Shown piece after piece: positions 9,328-19,660 of a stretch of 64,000 nt of DNA (position 1 is its first letter; the number at the start of each line of letters is the position of its first letter). Origin of the DNA: Candidatus Omnitrophota bacterium (GTDB lineage: Bacteria > Omnitrophota > Gorgyraeia > Pluralincolimonadales > Pluralincolimonadaceae); contig PLNR01000006.1 of NCBI GenBank assembly GCA_003141835.1, forward strand, positions 14,558 through 78,557, in the 5' to 3' direction. Below the pieces are notes generated by a model. It made no database searches. It saw only the letters and a program-made list of their open reading frames with translations, and was not told where the DNA came from. The translations under genes were made by a program, and so were the position numbers.

Positions 9328-9891
9328 TTATTTAATTAGCGCAAGCGTCTCGGACCGCGTCTTCTCGTTCGAACGGAATACGCCCCTCACCGCGCTCGTG
9401 ACCGTCGATATCCCGGGCTTCTTCAAACCCCTCATCGACATGCAGAGGTGCTCCGCCTCTATCACGACCATGCATCCGCGGGGCTTGAGCTCGCGCATTA
9501 TGACCTCTGCGATCTGGGTCGTAAGCCTCTCCTGGACCTGCGGCCTCTTGGCGAGTATATCTACCGCCCTGCCCAGCTTGCTTAATCCCGTAACCCTGCC
9601 CTCTTTGGGGATATAGGCGATATGGGCCTTACCGAGGAACGGCAGCAGGTGGTGCTCGCAGACGGAATAAAGAGGTATGTTCTTGAGGAGGATTATCTCC
9701 TCGTGTTTCTGGTCGAGGACGACCTCGAGTTCCTTGGCCGGGTCCTGGCTTATTCCGGCGAATATCTCCTCGTACATCTCCGCTACCCTGCGCGGGGTCT
9801 CCTGCAGGTCTTTGCGCCTGGGGTTCTCCCCGACCGCCTCCAGTATCATTGTCACGGCCTTGATTATCTTCTTCTTGTCCGCGTTTCTCAC
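9328..9891 (-). CDS. folE: GTP cyclohydrolase I
   Basis: [21 protein letters not shown]...RPQVQERLT and the LCMSMRG motif. Confidence 0.9.
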   Translation of the reverse strand: MRNADKKKIIKAVTMILEAVGENPRRKDLQETPRRVAEMYEEIFAGISQDPAKELEVVLDQKHEEIILLKNIPLYSVCEHHLLPFLGKAHIAYIPKEGRVTGLSKLGRAVDILAKRPQVQERLTTQIAEVIMRELKPRGCMVVIEAEHLCMSMRGLKKPGISTVTSAVRGVFRSNEKTRSETLALIK

Positions 9892-9910
9892 TTGATTTTT
9901 CCTTTCTATG

Positions 9911-11296
9911 CTATTTCCCGATACAAAATTGCGAAAAGACCTTATCGAGTATGTCGTCGGTCACGGTCTCCCCGACCATCTCGCCGATAGAGTCGAGGGA
10001 TTCCCTGAGCTCTATCGCTATCAATTCCGGAGAGAGCCTGTTGTCCACCGCCTTGATCGCCTCTTCGAGCGATCCGTACGACCGCTTCAGCGCGTCCTTC
10101 TGCCTGGCATTCGTTATCACCGCGCCCTCGGCAGCGCGCACCCCGCCGCCGAATACTTTATCGGCCATCTTCTCTTTAAGCCCGCCGATGCCTTCGCCTG
10201 ACTTCGCGGATACTTCCGCGACCGTCTCACCTTTAGCGACGGCAAACGTTAACTTCCTCGCAAGGTCGATCTTATTTAAGACTACTATCCTCTGCCGGCC
10301 TTTCGTATCCTCGAGCAAAACCCTGTCCTCATCGGTAAGGCGGGAACTGGCGTCGAGCAGGAGCAGGACCAGGTCGGCGGCCTCGATATGTTCGCGGCTC
10401 CTCAGCACGCCCTCCCTTTCGACTATGTCTTCGGTAGGGGTGATGCCGGCCGTATCTGTCAGTTTGAAAGGGATCCCCAGGATATTGACGAATTCCTCGA
10501 TGGTATCCCTGGTCGTGCCCGGTATATGGGTAACTATGGCCCGCTCCCTGCCGATTAGCGCGTTAAGCAGGCTTGATTTCCCGACATTCGGCTTGCCGCA
10601 TATGACGCAGGAGATCCCTTCCCTCAGGATAATGCCCCTGTCCGCCGTTTCCAGCAGCCGCGAGATCTCCAGTTTCACGGATCCGAGGCGTTCCGAGGTC
10701 TTCGCCCCGGATAGTATCTCCAGATCTTCATCTGGAAAATCTATTGAAGCCTCGACCTCCGCAGATATCGAGATCAGTTCGTCCCTTATCTTGTTAAGGC
10801 TGGATGAGAGCCTGCCGTCGAGTTGGCCCAGCGCCGCCCTTAGCGAGGCGTCGGTCTTTGCCCTTATTATATCGAGCACCGCCTCGGCCTGCGTAAGGTC
10901 AAGCCTGCCGTTGATAAAAGCGCGCTTTGTAAACTCGCCGGGTTCGGCGAGCCGCGCCCCGTTCTCCAATACGAGCCCCAGCGCCTTTTTTAACGGTGTT
11001 ACGCCGCCGTGGCAGCTTATTTCTACGACCTCTTCCTTTGTGTAGCTTTTCGGGGCCCTCATTACGGTCAACAGGGCCTCATCTACAACCAAGCCCTTAT
11101 CATGGACATGGCCGAAATGCGAAGTAAATGAACGGAAGCTCGACGGGAGTTTCCCTTTTTTAGAGCGGAATATCCTGTCGGCTATCTCGACGGCGTCCTT
11201 CCCGCTCAGGCGCACTATGCCGATAGCGCCTTCGCCCAAAGGGGTCGATATCGCCGCTATGGTATCTTCCGCGCCTATTTTAGACTGCTTTTTCAT
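9911..11296 (-). CDS. mnmE: tRNA modification GTPase MnmE/TrmE
   Basis: N-terminal [22 protein letters not shown]-domain [14 protein letters not shown]...DTAGI, and the C-terminal CIGK motif. Confidence 0.9.
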   Translation of the reverse strand: MKKQSKIGAEDTIAAISTPLGEGAIGIVRLSGKDAVEIADRIFRSKKGKLPSSFRSFTSHFGHVHDKGLVVDEALLTVMRAPKSYTKEEVVEISCHGGVTPLKKALGLVLENGARLAEPGEFTKRAFINGRLDLTQAEAVLDIIRAKTDASLRAALGQLDGRLSSSLNKIRDELISISAEVEASIDFPDEDLEILSGAKTSERLGSVKLEISRLLETADRGIILREGISCVICGKPNVGKSSLLNALIGRERAIVTHIPGTTRDTIEEFVNILGIPFKLTDTAGITPTEDIVEREGVLRSREHIEAADLVLLLLDASSRLTDEDRVLLEDTKGRQRIVVLNKIDLARKLTFAVAKGETVAEVSAKSGEGIGGLKEKMADKVFGGGVRAAEGAVITNARQKDALKRSYGSLEEAIKAVDNRLSPELIAIELRESLDSIGEMVGETVTDDILDKVFSQFCIGK

Positions 11297-12632
11297 TTAT
11301 TAAGCTCTTCATTCCCAGATATTTTAAGGCCTCGCCGACCACGAATAACGAACCGGTAACCAGTATAAGGTCTTCCTGCCCCGCGTGCCTGCGGGCAAGT
11401 TCTACGGCTTCCCCCACGTTGAATGTCGCGACCGACTTCTTCTCGCAATCCGGAAAATCCTTCCGTATCTTTTCCGGCGATACGGCTCGCGGCGAATCTG
11501 CCTTGGTAAAGAAGATCTCGTCGGCAAGCGGAAAAAGGTTGCGAGCCAGGCCTTTTATGTCTTTCCCGGAGGAGACGCCGAATATAAGATAAAGTTTTTT
11601 ATAGGAGAAGATGCTTTTTACCGTCTCCCTGAGCGCCTGCGCCGACGCCTCGTTCTGCGCGCCGTCTAGTATTATCCACGGGGCCTTTGCGGCGACTTGG
11701 AGCCTGCCCGGCCAATTGACGTTCCTTATCCCGCCGGTTATGTTATGCGAACATATGGTTATGCCGTGCGCCCTCAGAGATTCTATTATCCCTACGGCGG
11801 CGGCTGCGTTCGCGGCCTGGTGCTTTCCGAGGAGCGGAGTAGTCAGTAAAGTGTATTCGCCGTACAGGCCGCGGACATTGAAAGTTTGTTCCTCAGGGCC
11901 GGCCGTGAGCGGCTCATAAGATATCTCCTTGCCGACGAGGTAAAGTTTAGCTTTCTTGTCGGTGGCGGCCTTGCGTATACAATTCAATGCCGCCATTTCC
12001 TGTTCAGCGGAGACGACGACGGAATTTTCTTTTATTATACCGCATTTCTCCTTCGCGATGGCCTCGATGGTCTTGCCGAGCCTGTCGGTATGGTCCAGGC
12101 TTATCGGGGTTATGCCCGCGGCCAACGGTTCAAGCGTATTTGTGGCGTCAAGCCTGCCGCCCATGCCGACCTCTACTACGGCAATATCGACTTTTTTAAT
12201 GCTGAAGAAGAGGAACGCCAGCGCCGTGTAGACCTCAAAAAATGAAGGCGGCCCGAACTTTGATGACCTGGAAAAATTATCTAGGAACTTCTTTATCCTC
12301 GTAACGAGAGCCGTGATCTCGGCTTCGTCGATATTCCTCTCTTTCGGGAAGGATATCCTTATGCGCTCCTTGAAATCTATGAGATGCGGGGATGTGTAAA
12401 GGCCGGCCTTTATCCCGCCCTCTTTCAGGATAGAATATACGAACGCGCAGGTAGAGCCCTTGCCTTTCGTCCCGGCTATGTGTATCGACCTGAAATTGCG
12501 CTGGGGGTTGCCCAACCCGTCGAGCAGGGACCGCATCCTGCCTAATTTCATCGCGGCGCGGTAATCGTACGCGGGACGTTTCTCGTAATCTACGAATGAA
12601 TCGAGGTATTCTAAAGCTTCCTGATAGTTCAT
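11280..12632 (-). CDS. folC: Folylpolyglutamate synthase / dihydrofolate synthase
   Basis: Mur-ligase P-loop HIAGTKGKGST. Overall FolC architecture. Overlaps mnmE by 17 nt. Confidence 0.85.
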   Translation of the reverse strand: MNYQEALEYLDSFVDYEKRPAYDYRAAMKLGRMRSLLDGLGNPQRNFRSIHIAGTKGKGSTCAFVYSILKEGGIKAGLYTSPHLIDFKERIRISFPKERNIDEAEITALVTRIKKFLDNFSRSSKFGPPSFFEVYTALAFLFFSIKKVDIAVVEVGMGGRLDATNTLEPLAAGITPISLDHTDRLGKTIEAIAKEKCGIIKENSVVVSAEQEMAALNCIRKAATDKKAKLYLVGKEISYEPLTAGPEEQTFNVRGLYGEYTLLTTPLLGKHQAANAAAAVGIIESLRAHGITICSHNITGGIRNVNWPGRLQVAAKAPWIILDGAQNEASAQALRETVKSIFSYKKLYLIFGVSSGKDIKGLARNLFPLADEIFFTKADSPRAVSPEKIRKDFPDCEKKSVATFNVGEAVELARRHAGQEDLILVTGSLFVVGEALKYLGMKSLINEKAV

Positions 12633-12638
12633 TTGAGG

Positions 12639-14207
12639 TTAATGCCTGAAATGCCTTACGCCGGTAGTCACCATCGCTATCCCGGCCTTATCGGCGGCTT
12701 TGATCGAATCCTCGTCTTTTATCGATCCGCCCGGCTGTATTATCGCGGATATGCCGGCTTTTCCGGCCAATTGCACGGAATCCGGTTTCGGGAAGAACCC
12801 GTCGGTCGCCAGGCACGCGTCCTTTGCCTGTTTCCCGGCTTTCCTGATAGCTATCCTCGCCGAATCAACCCTGCTCGGCTGGCCACCGCCTATGCCTACC
12901 GTCTTCTCGCCCTTAGCGATGACTATAGCGTTCGACCTGACATGCTTGGCGACTTTCCACGCGAAAAGGAGCGACTTTACCTGGGCTTGCGATGGGCTTT
13001 TCTTCGTGACCGTCTTCAGCTCCTGCGCCTTTATCTCAAGCTCGTCCTGTTCCTGCAGCAGCATACCGCCCTCGATCTTCTTTACATCGCAGGAATAGAC
13101 GCCCCGTTCCGGGCCCTTCTCCATATCCTTATATTCTATTATGCGCACGTTCTTCTTCTCGGCCAGGAGTTTAAGCGCGCCGGCGTCATATGCAGGGGCG
13201 ATCACGCATTCCAGGAAACCCGAATCCGATATTGCCTTCGCAGTCTTTAAGTCGACTTTCCTGTTTAGCCCCACTATCCCGCCGAATGCGGACAATGTAT
13301 CACATGCAAAGGCGTCTTTATAAGCCTGGTCCAGCCTCGTCGAAGAGGCGACCCCGCACGGGGAATTATGCTTTACGACACAAGCGGTCGGCTGCGCGAA
13401 ATCTTTCGCTATCTGGACCGCGGCGTGGAGGTCGAGGAAATTGTTGAATGAGAGTTCCTTGCCGTGCAGCTGTTTCATTCTCCCGAAACCGTAAGCCGGC
13501 TTTACCGCGTCGGCGTAGAAAGCGGCTTTCTGGTGCGGGTTCTCGCCGTAACGCAGGCCCTGCGCCCTCTCGAAGACGAGGTGCAGCAATTCCGGGAACT
13601 TATCCTTGTTGCGCCCGAAACGGCCGCTTAAGAAAGCGTATATCGCCGCGTCGTATTTGGCCGTATGCCCAAATGCTTCTACGGCCAGGTCCTGGCGCGT
13701 CCTTTCCGAAATGGAGCAATCGTTCTTCTGCAGCTCCATGAGCACGCAAAGGTACCTGTCCGGGTTGCATAAGACAGCGACGTCGTTGAAGTTCTTGGCG
13801 GCCGAGCGTATCATCGCGGGTCCGCCGATATCTATCATCTCTATTGCGGCGTCCAGGCTCACCCTGGGTTTCCTGACCGTGTCCTCGAACGGGTAGAGGT
13901 TGACGACCACCATGTCGATAAGGCCTATCTTATGCTTCCTGGCCTGCGACATGTGTTCTTTGTCGCCGCGCCGCGCGAGGATCCCGCCGTGGATCTTCGG
14001 GTGCAGCGTCTTTACCCGCCCGCTCAGCATCTCGGGAAAACCCGTAACGTCAGAGATGGCGCGGATCTTTATCCTGTTCTCCTTTAAGACCTTGGCTGTG
14101 CCGCCTGTCGAGATGATCTCCACGCCGAGCTTCTCAAGCCCTTTGGCGAAATCGACAATTCCCTTTTTGTCGGAAACGCTGATAAGTGCCCTCTTTATCC
14201 TGGCCAT
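12639..14207 (-). CDS. purH: Bifunctional AICAR transformylase / IMP cyclohydrolase
   Basis: MGS-like N-terminus RALISVSDKKGIVDFAKGL...ISTGGTAK...SGRVKTLHPKIHGGILARR, followed by the AICARFT domain. Confidence 0.9.
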   Translation of the reverse strand: MARIKRALISVSDKKGIVDFAKGLEKLGVEIISTGGTAKVLKENRIKIRAISDVTGFPEMLSGRVKTLHPKIHGGILARRGDKEHMSQARKHKIGLIDMVVVNLYPFEDTVRKPRVSLDAAIEMIDIGGPAMIRSAAKNFNDVAVLCNPDRYLCVLMELQKNDCSISERTRQDLAVEAFGHTAKYDAAIYAFLSGRFGRNKDKFPELLHLVFERAQGLRYGENPHQKAAFYADAVKPAYGFGRMKQLHGKELSFNNFLDLHAAVQIAKDFAQPTACVVKHNSPCGVASSTRLDQAYKDAFACDTLSAFGGIVGLNRKVDLKTAKAISDSGFLECVIAPAYDAGALKLLAEKKNVRIIEYKDMEKGPERGVYSCDVKKIEGGMLLQEQDELEIKAQELKTVTKKSPSQAQVKSLLFAWKVAKHVRSNAIVIAKGEKTVGIGGGQPSRVDSARIAIRKAGKQAKDACLATDGFFPKPDSVQLAGKAGISAIIQPGGSIKDEDSIKAADKAGIAMVTTGVRHFRH

Positions 14208-14241
14208 TTATCGCTCCTGTTTTGGGATGCTTCTGGGTAGG

Positions 14242-14829
14242 CTAATATTTTAGCAGGTTTAGTTCCTGCCTGTAAAGCTGGATTTCGCGGCGGAGGGTGT
14301 TTATCTCTTCTTCGAGGGGAGCCAATTCCTGCCTTGCCTTCTCCACGTTGCCCTGCAATTCGGCCTGTTCCTGCGCGGAAAGGCTCAATTTCTTGTTATC
14401 GAGGAGGCCCTTCTGGTTCTTTATAGAACTCCTGATGGACGATGCCCGCGCCTCCTTGCCGGTCAGCTTCACCTTCAGCTCCTCGGCCTTGCTGTTTATC
14501 TTCTGCCTCTCCGGGTCAAGCTGGGCGGTCAGGTCGTGGGTCTTCGCGTAGAGCTCTTTCCTCTCGGCCTTGAGCTCCTCTTCAAGTTCCATGATCTTTG
14601 AGTTTATTTCGCCCTGTTTCGCGCGGAATTCACCGTTCATCGTCTCTACCTGGGAGTCTATCTGGGCTTTTTTATCGAGGACGGCCTTGAAAGAGGGATC
14701 GAACGAGATGAGGGCAGCTTTCACCTCTTCGGGCTTCTGCTGGGGCCCGCAGCCCAGGGATGACAACGGCAGGATAACCGCTGCGGCGATCAATATGGAT
14801 GACTTTATCACGCTCATATGGGTCGTCAT
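14242..14829 (-). CDS. Putative lipoprotein with coiled-coil region, unknown function
   Basis: Signal peptide with LSSLGC lipobox. Heptad-rich and K/E/Q-rich. The ATGA overlap with kamA indicates translational coupling. Confidence 0.4.
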   Translation of the reverse strand: MTTHMSVIKSSILIAAAVILPLSSLGCGPQQKPEEVKAALISFDPSFKAVLDKKAQIDSQVETMNGEFRAKQGEINSKIMELEEELKAERKELYAKTHDLTAQLDPERQKINSKAEELKVKLTGKEARASSIRSSIKNQKGLLDNKKLSLSAQEQAELQGNVEKARQELAPLEEEINTLRREIQLYRQELNLLKY

Positions 14830-16046
14830 GCCGCCGCTGGCTTTGTTTCGGCCGTCTTTGTTTCGGCCGTCTTCACATCCTTCTTTGCATGCTTGCCCTG
14901 GTGGCTGACCCTCACGACTTCGCCTTCCTCTACCGGTTCATGGTAAGTGAACATCTGGCCGGCGTAATTCCTTAAGGTGAAAGAGCCCTTAGCCTGCGAT
15001 ATGACGTAATTCGGGGCTACCGGGATCTTCCCGCCGCCGCCCGGCGCGTCGACGACATATGTCGGGACAGCGTAACCCGACGTGTGGCCGCGCATCTTCT
15101 CCATGATGTTTATGCCGGTGGCTATCGGCGTCCTGAAATGGCTTATCCCCCTTGCCGGGTCGCACTGGTATATGTAATAAGGGCGTACGCGCGCCTTAAG
15201 CAGTTCATGCATAAGCCGCCGCATCGTCGACGGCCTGTCGTTTATGCCTTTGAGCAGCACCGTCTGGCTGCCGAGCGGAATGCCCGCGTCGGCCAGCATA
15301 TCACACGCCTTCCTGCAGCGCTTCGTAAGTTCTTTCGGATGGTTGAAATGGAGCGAGACCCACACCGGGGAATATTTTTTAAGCACCGCTATCAGGCTCT
15401 CGGTCACCCTCATAGGGACGGTTACCGGCATCCTCGTCCCGAGGCGGATGAATTCAACGTTAGGTATCGCCCTTAAATTCTTGAGGATATCGTCTAATGT
15501 CTCATCCGGGAGCATCAAAGGGTCCCCGCCTGAGATCAGGACATCGCGGACCCTGTGGTTATTCCTTATATATTCATAAGCCTTCTCGAAATTCTGCGGG
15601 CTTGTCAGGTGCGCCTCGGAACCGACTATCCTCCTCCTCGTGCAATGGCGGCAATACATCGCGCACTTTTCCGTGACGAGCAATAGCACCCTGTCCGGGT
15701 ACCTGTGGACGAGTCCCGGGACCGGCGAATCCTTGTCCTCGCCGCACGGGTCCTCCATATCAAAAGCCGAGACGTCGAACTCCTCGGCAGTCGGGATCGC
15801 CTGCTTCCTTATAGGGCAGGTCGGCCTCATCTCATCTATAAGCGAAAGCCAATACGGCGTTATCGCCATCAGGAGCCGGCCCTTGGACCTCTTGACCCCG
15901 ATCTCTTCGGCCGGGGTGAGCTTGATGACCTCTTTCAGGCCGTCATAGGTCATTACCCTGTTCTTTATCTGCCAATGCCAATCCTCCCAGTCGCTTTCAG
16001 GCACATCCTTCCAGTGTTCTGCCAAGGAATTAGCGGCGTTTATCAA
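14826..16046 (-). CDS. kamA: Lysine 2,3-aminomutase (radical SAM, KamA family)
   Basis: CAMYCRHCTRRR CxxxCxxC cluster. PLP/Zn motifs typical of KamA. Length 406 aa is KamA-like rather than EpmB-like. Carries a C-terminal KTAETKTAETK repeat tail. Confidence 0.8.
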   Translation of the reverse strand: MINAANSLAEHWKDVPESDWEDWHWQIKNRVMTYDGLKEVIKLTPAEEIGVKRSKGRLLMAITPYWLSLIDEMRPTCPIRKQAIPTAEEFDVSAFDMEDPCGEDKDSPVPGLVHRYPDRVLLLVTEKCAMYCRHCTRRRIVGSEAHLTSPQNFEKAYEYIRNNHRVRDVLISGGDPLMLPDETLDDILKNLRAIPNVEFIRLGTRMPVTVPMRVTESLIAVLKKYSPVWVSLHFNHPKELTKRCRKACDMLADAGIPLGSQTVLLKGINDRPSTMRRLMHELLKARVRPYYIYQCDPARGISHFRTPIATGINIMEKMRGHTSGYAVPTYVVDAPGGGGKIPVAPNYVISQAKGSFTLRNYAGQMFTYHEPVEEGEVVRVSHQGKHAKKDVKTAETKTAETKPAAA

Positions 16047-17092
16047 CGTGAACTCCTTTCTTGTAGGGCCAGCTTTTTGTTTTTGTTGTGTCGTTCGAGG
16101 GTGACTTCAAGTATCCTGTTCATCAGGTCCGGATAATCGAGCCCAGCGCATTTCGCTATATAAGGGAAATTGGAATCTACCGGGTCTAATCCCGGCAGAG
16201 GGTTCACTTCCAGCACATACGGGACGCCGTCTTTCCCGAGCATTATATCGACGCGGGAAAGATCTACGCAGCCGATGGCGCGGAACGCCTTGAGGGCGGT
16301 CTCTTTTACCGTCTTCGCCTCGGCCGCGCTCAAACGCGCCGGGCAATGCCAGTTCGGGGTCAACCCCTTGCTCTCTTCGACTTCCTTCTCGAACTCCTTG
16401 ACCTTCCATGTATAGAAAAATTCCCCGGACGCCCTGCAGTTCGAAAAATCTATCTCGAGTATGGGCATGGCCGCAGCCGGATAATTGCCCAGGATGCCTA
16501 CGGTCAGCTCTTTTCCATCTATGAATTCTTCGACGAGCGTTTCCTGCTGGTATACGCGCGCGGTCCTCTCGACCTCGCGGACGAGGTCTGCCTTGTTGCG
16601 GACGACGCTGGCCATGGTTATCCCCTTGCCCGAGCCCTCGCTGTTAGGTTTCGCTATCAGCGGATATTTAAGCCCTTCGTCGGAAACGGCCGAGGGATCG
16701 GTAACCAGCCTGTATTTCGGAGTCGGTATTCCCGCCTGTTCAAAAAGTTTTTTCGTGAGCGTCTTGTTCAATGATACGCTTAATGCGAGGACACCCGAGC
16801 CGCTGTATGGTATCCCGAGGAAATCGAGTATCGCAGGCACCTGCGACTCCCTCGACTCGCCGTTAAGCCCTTCGGCTATGTTGAAAACTATGTCTACTTT
16901 ATTCTCCTGGAACCAGTTCAACAACCCCTTGTCCGCCTCTACCAGGGAGACCTGGTTCCCTCCGGAGCGGAGCCCGCTGGCTATCGCCTCGATAGTCTCC
17001 TTGCTGTCGAATTCCGAATAATAATCGTCCGGGAGCCCGGTATTGCCTGTCTTCCTCTTCAAATTATATGTAAGAGCTACCTTAAGTCCCAT
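16043..17092 (-). CDS. ATP-grasp ligase, D-Ala-D-Ala ligase-like subfamily (paralog 1)
   Basis: VDIVFNIAEGLNGESRESQVPAILDFLGIPYSGSGVLALSVSLNKTLTKKLF and the C-terminal ATP-grasp motif VLEVNPLPGL. It lacks the canonical Ddl N-terminal GGxSxEHEVS motif. Confidence 0.7.
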   Translation of the reverse strand: MGLKVALTYNLKRKTGNTGLPDDYYSEFDSKETIEAIASGLRSGGNQVSLVEADKGLLNWFQENKVDIVFNIAEGLNGESRESQVPAILDFLGIPYSGSGVLALSVSLNKTLTKKLFEQAGIPTPKYRLVTDPSAVSDEGLKYPLIAKPNSEGSGKGITMASVVRNKADLVREVERTARVYQQETLVEEFIDGKELTVGILGNYPAAAMPILEIDFSNCRASGEFFYTWKVKEFEKEVEESKGLTPNWHCPARLSAAEAKTVKETALKAFRAIGCVDLSRVDIMLGKDGVPYVLEVNPLPGLDPVDSNFPYIAKCAGLDYPDLMNRILEVTLERHNKNKKLALQERSSR

Positions 17093-17093
17093 C

Positions 17094-18134
17094 TTATTTC
17101 ATCCCGTACCTTTCTAGCGCGTGATCGAGTATCCTGTTTATTATGTTGTTGTATGATATCTTCATGTTCCTCGCCACCGTCATGAAGACATCCTCGGTTG
17201 AGAGTGATGGTAAGGGATTGATTTCCAATACATAGGGATTACCATTCTTATCCACCCTTATATCTACCCTACCGAAATCGCGGCATTCTACCGCCTTATA
17301 GGCCTTTAAAGCCACGGCCTTGAGCTTCCTGTCCAGGTCCCGCGTGATCTTCGCCGGGCATACATAGCTCAATGTGTCCGACTTTATCCTCGAGAAAGTA
17401 TAGCAGAGGTCGCCGAGGTTTGTCTTTCCGTCTATGCTGATCTGGACCGTCGGCAGCACTTCCGGGTTTTCGGTTCCTATGATAGGCACGGTAAATTCCG
17501 AGCCGGTAATAAATTTTTCTACGAGTGCCGGCTGCTTATAAGTCCGTATTACCCAGCCCGCGCGCCTTTTGAGCTCGCGGACGTTCTTTACTATAGACCT
17601 GTCGCTTATCCCCTTGCTAGAGCCTTCCTGTTTCGGCTTGACTATCAGGGGATATCCTATCCCTACGCCGTCGATATTTCTTATGTCCGATACTTCAAAG
17701 AACGCAGGAGTTGGGACGCCCTCAGAGATCAGGACCTTCTTCGCCATTATCTTGTCGAGGGTCAGGCCCAGCGTAAGCCCGTCGCCTCCGACGAACGGGA
17801 TACCGGCCATCTCCAATATCACGGGCACCTCGGATTCCCTGTTCCGGCCGGCGACGCCTTCGGCGATATTGAATACGATGTCGACGTCGAGCTTTTTCAG
17901 CCGGCGCAGGAGGTTGCGCACGTTTCCGATCTTCACGACCCTGTGGCCGCCGGATTCTATCGCGTCCTTTATGACATCGATCGTATCGGGATGGTCGAAC
18001 TCGGCATTGGCGTCTTTCGGGTCGCCTTTTTTAAATACATAGTCGGGCTTGACGTCGTAGGTCAGCCCCACTATCCTGCCCCGCTGATGCGGGACCTTGT
18101 GTCTCATTCCGCGTTTCGCCCCAACATTTGCCAT
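17094..18134 (-). CDS. ATP-grasp ligase, D-Ala-D-Ala ligase-like subfamily (paralog 2, tandem duplicate)
   Basis: VDIVFNIAEGVAGRNRESEVPVILEMAGIPFVGGDGLTLGLTLDKIMAKKVL...VLEINPLPSL. Collinear with paralog 1. Confidence 0.7.
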   Translation of the reverse strand: MANVGAKRGMRHKVPHQRGRIVGLTYDVKPDYVFKKGDPKDANAEFDHPDTIDVIKDAIESGGHRVVKIGNVRNLLRRLKKLDVDIVFNIAEGVAGRNRESEVPVILEMAGIPFVGGDGLTLGLTLDKIMAKKVLISEGVPTPAFFEVSDIRNIDGVGIGYPLIVKPKQEGSSKGISDRSIVKNVRELKRRAGWVIRTYKQPALVEKFITGSEFTVPIIGTENPEVLPTVQISIDGKTNLGDLCYTFSRIKSDTLSYVCPAKITRDLDRKLKAVALKAYKAVECRDFGRVDIRVDKNGNPYVLEINPLPSLSTEDVFMTVARNMKISYNNIINRILDHALERYGMK

Positions 18135-18153
18135 AATTTATCTTCCCGGGGTA

Positions 18154-18196
18154 CAAAAAAAGAAGGGACTTCCCCGTTTAGAAGTCCCTTCTTTTA
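18154..18196 (-). terminator. Rho-independent terminator downstream of the 18243..18923 gene. The hairpin is also readable on the plus strand.
   Basis: Perfect 12-bp stem agaagggacttc / gaagtcccttct with an 8-nt loop. It is flanked by A7 on the plus strand (U7 on the minus strand) and tttta. Confidence 0.6.
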
Positions 18197-18242
18197 TAAA
18201 CCTAGTTGAAATTATTCAACTGTTACTGCTCGTTTCTCCTGG

Positions 18243-18923
18243 TTATCTCTTCTTCCATTTGTCGACGATTTCCGACATTATCTTTCCGGCAATATCCTTA
18301 CAGCCGAGGCCGAAGGCCAGGCCCAAAGCCAATCCTGTCGCCGCCAAAGCCACCACGACGACGGTGTCCAATATGAATGTCCTGACATGGAGCATCGGGA
18401 GGACCGTAAGCACCGTTATGACTATGATCACTATCTGCGCTATCGATCCGAGGTTCTTCGCTGTCGCCATTCCGGCGTTGGAGGCTGTAGTTCTCACTAT
18501 CGAGCCTACAAAAGCGGCCAGGAACAGGCCTAAGATCAAGACGAATATTGCAAGAACCACGTTACCGGCATAAATAACTGCGCTATCAAGAAGCCCTGTC
18601 GCCTGCAACCCACCGATTGTCAGTGTGATTATGGCTACCACAAGGATAAGCAGCCAGTATATCATGATACCCAGAAGTTCAGAGAGGCTATGCTTGATCT
18701 CGCCTTTGGCGAGGATACTCGCAATGCCTGCCTTTTCAGACAAGACGTCGAAACGGGCAACTTTGAGAACTTGAACGATCAACTTCTCAAGGATCTTCGC
18801 AATGATTATACCTATGATCAAGATTATCAATGCAAAGACCAGCTTGGTTAGATAAGGCAACAACGAATTCCAGAACGTACTTGCGGTGTCAAAAATCAAC
18901 TTCAGCTGCCCCTGCTGTTCCAT
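18243..18923 (-). CDS. Integral membrane protein with conserved TM-helix repeats (MscS-like N-terminal type); function unknown
   Basis: Five to six hydrophobic helices with repeated ...LIIGIIIAKILEKLIVQVLKV... pattern. No catalytic motifs. Confidence 0.45.
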   Translation of the reverse strand: MEQQGQLKLIFDTASTFWNSLLPYLTKLVFALIILIIGIIIAKILEKLIVQVLKVARFDVLSEKAGIASILAKGEIKHSLSELLGIMIYWLLILVVAIITLTIGGLQATGLLDSAVIYAGNVVLAIFVLILGLFLAAFVGSIVRTTASNAGMATAKNLGSIAQIVIIVITVLTVLPMLHVRTFILDTVVVVALAATGLALGLAFGLGCKDIAGKIMSEIVDKWKKR

Positions 18924-19035
18924 TTTGCCTCCTCCTTTCAGGTTTTATTACCTAAAATTATTTCCTGTTGGTTTAATGTTATCATAAAGAAAATATTTGT
19001 CAAGCACTTTTTCCAGTTTTAGCAATAAATTTCTA

Positions 19036-19063
19036 TTCCGCAAGCGCGGCATTATGATATAAT
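19036..19063 (+). promoter_or_regulatory. Candidate sigma70-type promoter for the TPR gene
   Basis: ttccgc-N16-tgaTATAAT (extended -10) lies about 25 nt upstream of the GGAGA RBS and the ATG at 19087. The region is AT-rich and divergent. Confidence 0.4.
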
Positions 19064-19086
19064 CATAAAAATTAAACGGAGACGAA

Positions 19087-19647
19087 ATGAAAAGACTTTT
19101 TTGCCACAAAGCGCGGATCTTTCTCCTTGTAATGCTGGTTTTCTGCAATACGGCGGCTTTTGCGGCCGGTGATATGAGGGAGGCGCAGCTTTTGACTCAA
19201 GCAAGCCAGTTCTTAAGCGCCGGCGAGTACGACAAGGTGATAAAGACATGCGATGACGTGCTGAACATAGACCAGAACTGCCCTGCCGCCTATTATCTCC
19301 GCGCATTTTCGCACCGCTACAAAGAGGAATATGAGCTCGCTATCATGGATTTCACGCGCACGCTGCAGATCGACCCTAAATATTCGTCCGCTTATTACGG
19401 CCGCGCGATCTCGTATGCCTATACGGGAGATTATAATAACGCATTAGCAGACCTTGACGCGGCTATCGCCATAGATCCCCGGTATACCGACGCGTATTTT
19501 AACCGCGCGAGGGTCTACTATGATACGGGGGAGTACGACAAGGCGTGGGATGACGTGCATAAGGCTGAATCCCTTGGCGTATCCGACGACATGCTGTACA
19601 AGGGATTCATCAATAAGCTTAAGGAAGCCTCAGGCAGGAACCGGTAG
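19087..19647 (+). CDS. Secreted tetratricopeptide-repeat (TPR) protein
   Basis: Signal peptide plus tandem TPR motifs (AYYLRAFSHRYKEEYELAIMDF..., AYYGRAISYAYTGDYNNALADL..., AYFNRARVYYDTGEYDKAWDD). Confidence 0.7.
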   Translation: MKRLFCHKARIFLLVMLVFCNTAAFAAGDMREAQLLTQASQFLSAGEYDKVIKTCDDVLNIDQNCPAAYYLRAFSHRYKEEYELAIMDFTRTLQIDPKYSSAYYGRAISYAYTGDYNNALADLDAAIAIDPRYTDAYFNRARVYYDTGEYDKAWDDVHKAESLGVSDDMLYKGFINKLKEASGRNR

Positions 19648-19660
19648 GGCGCAACCAACC

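Noticed and set aside
9951-11045. Long plus-strand ORFs nested in minus-strand genes (e.g. 9951..11045, 28024..28881, 41770..42699, 62642..63631)
   Set aside because: They are Ser/Pro/Arg-rich antisense frames typical of high-GC DNA. Every case overlaps a confidently assigned minus-strand gene.
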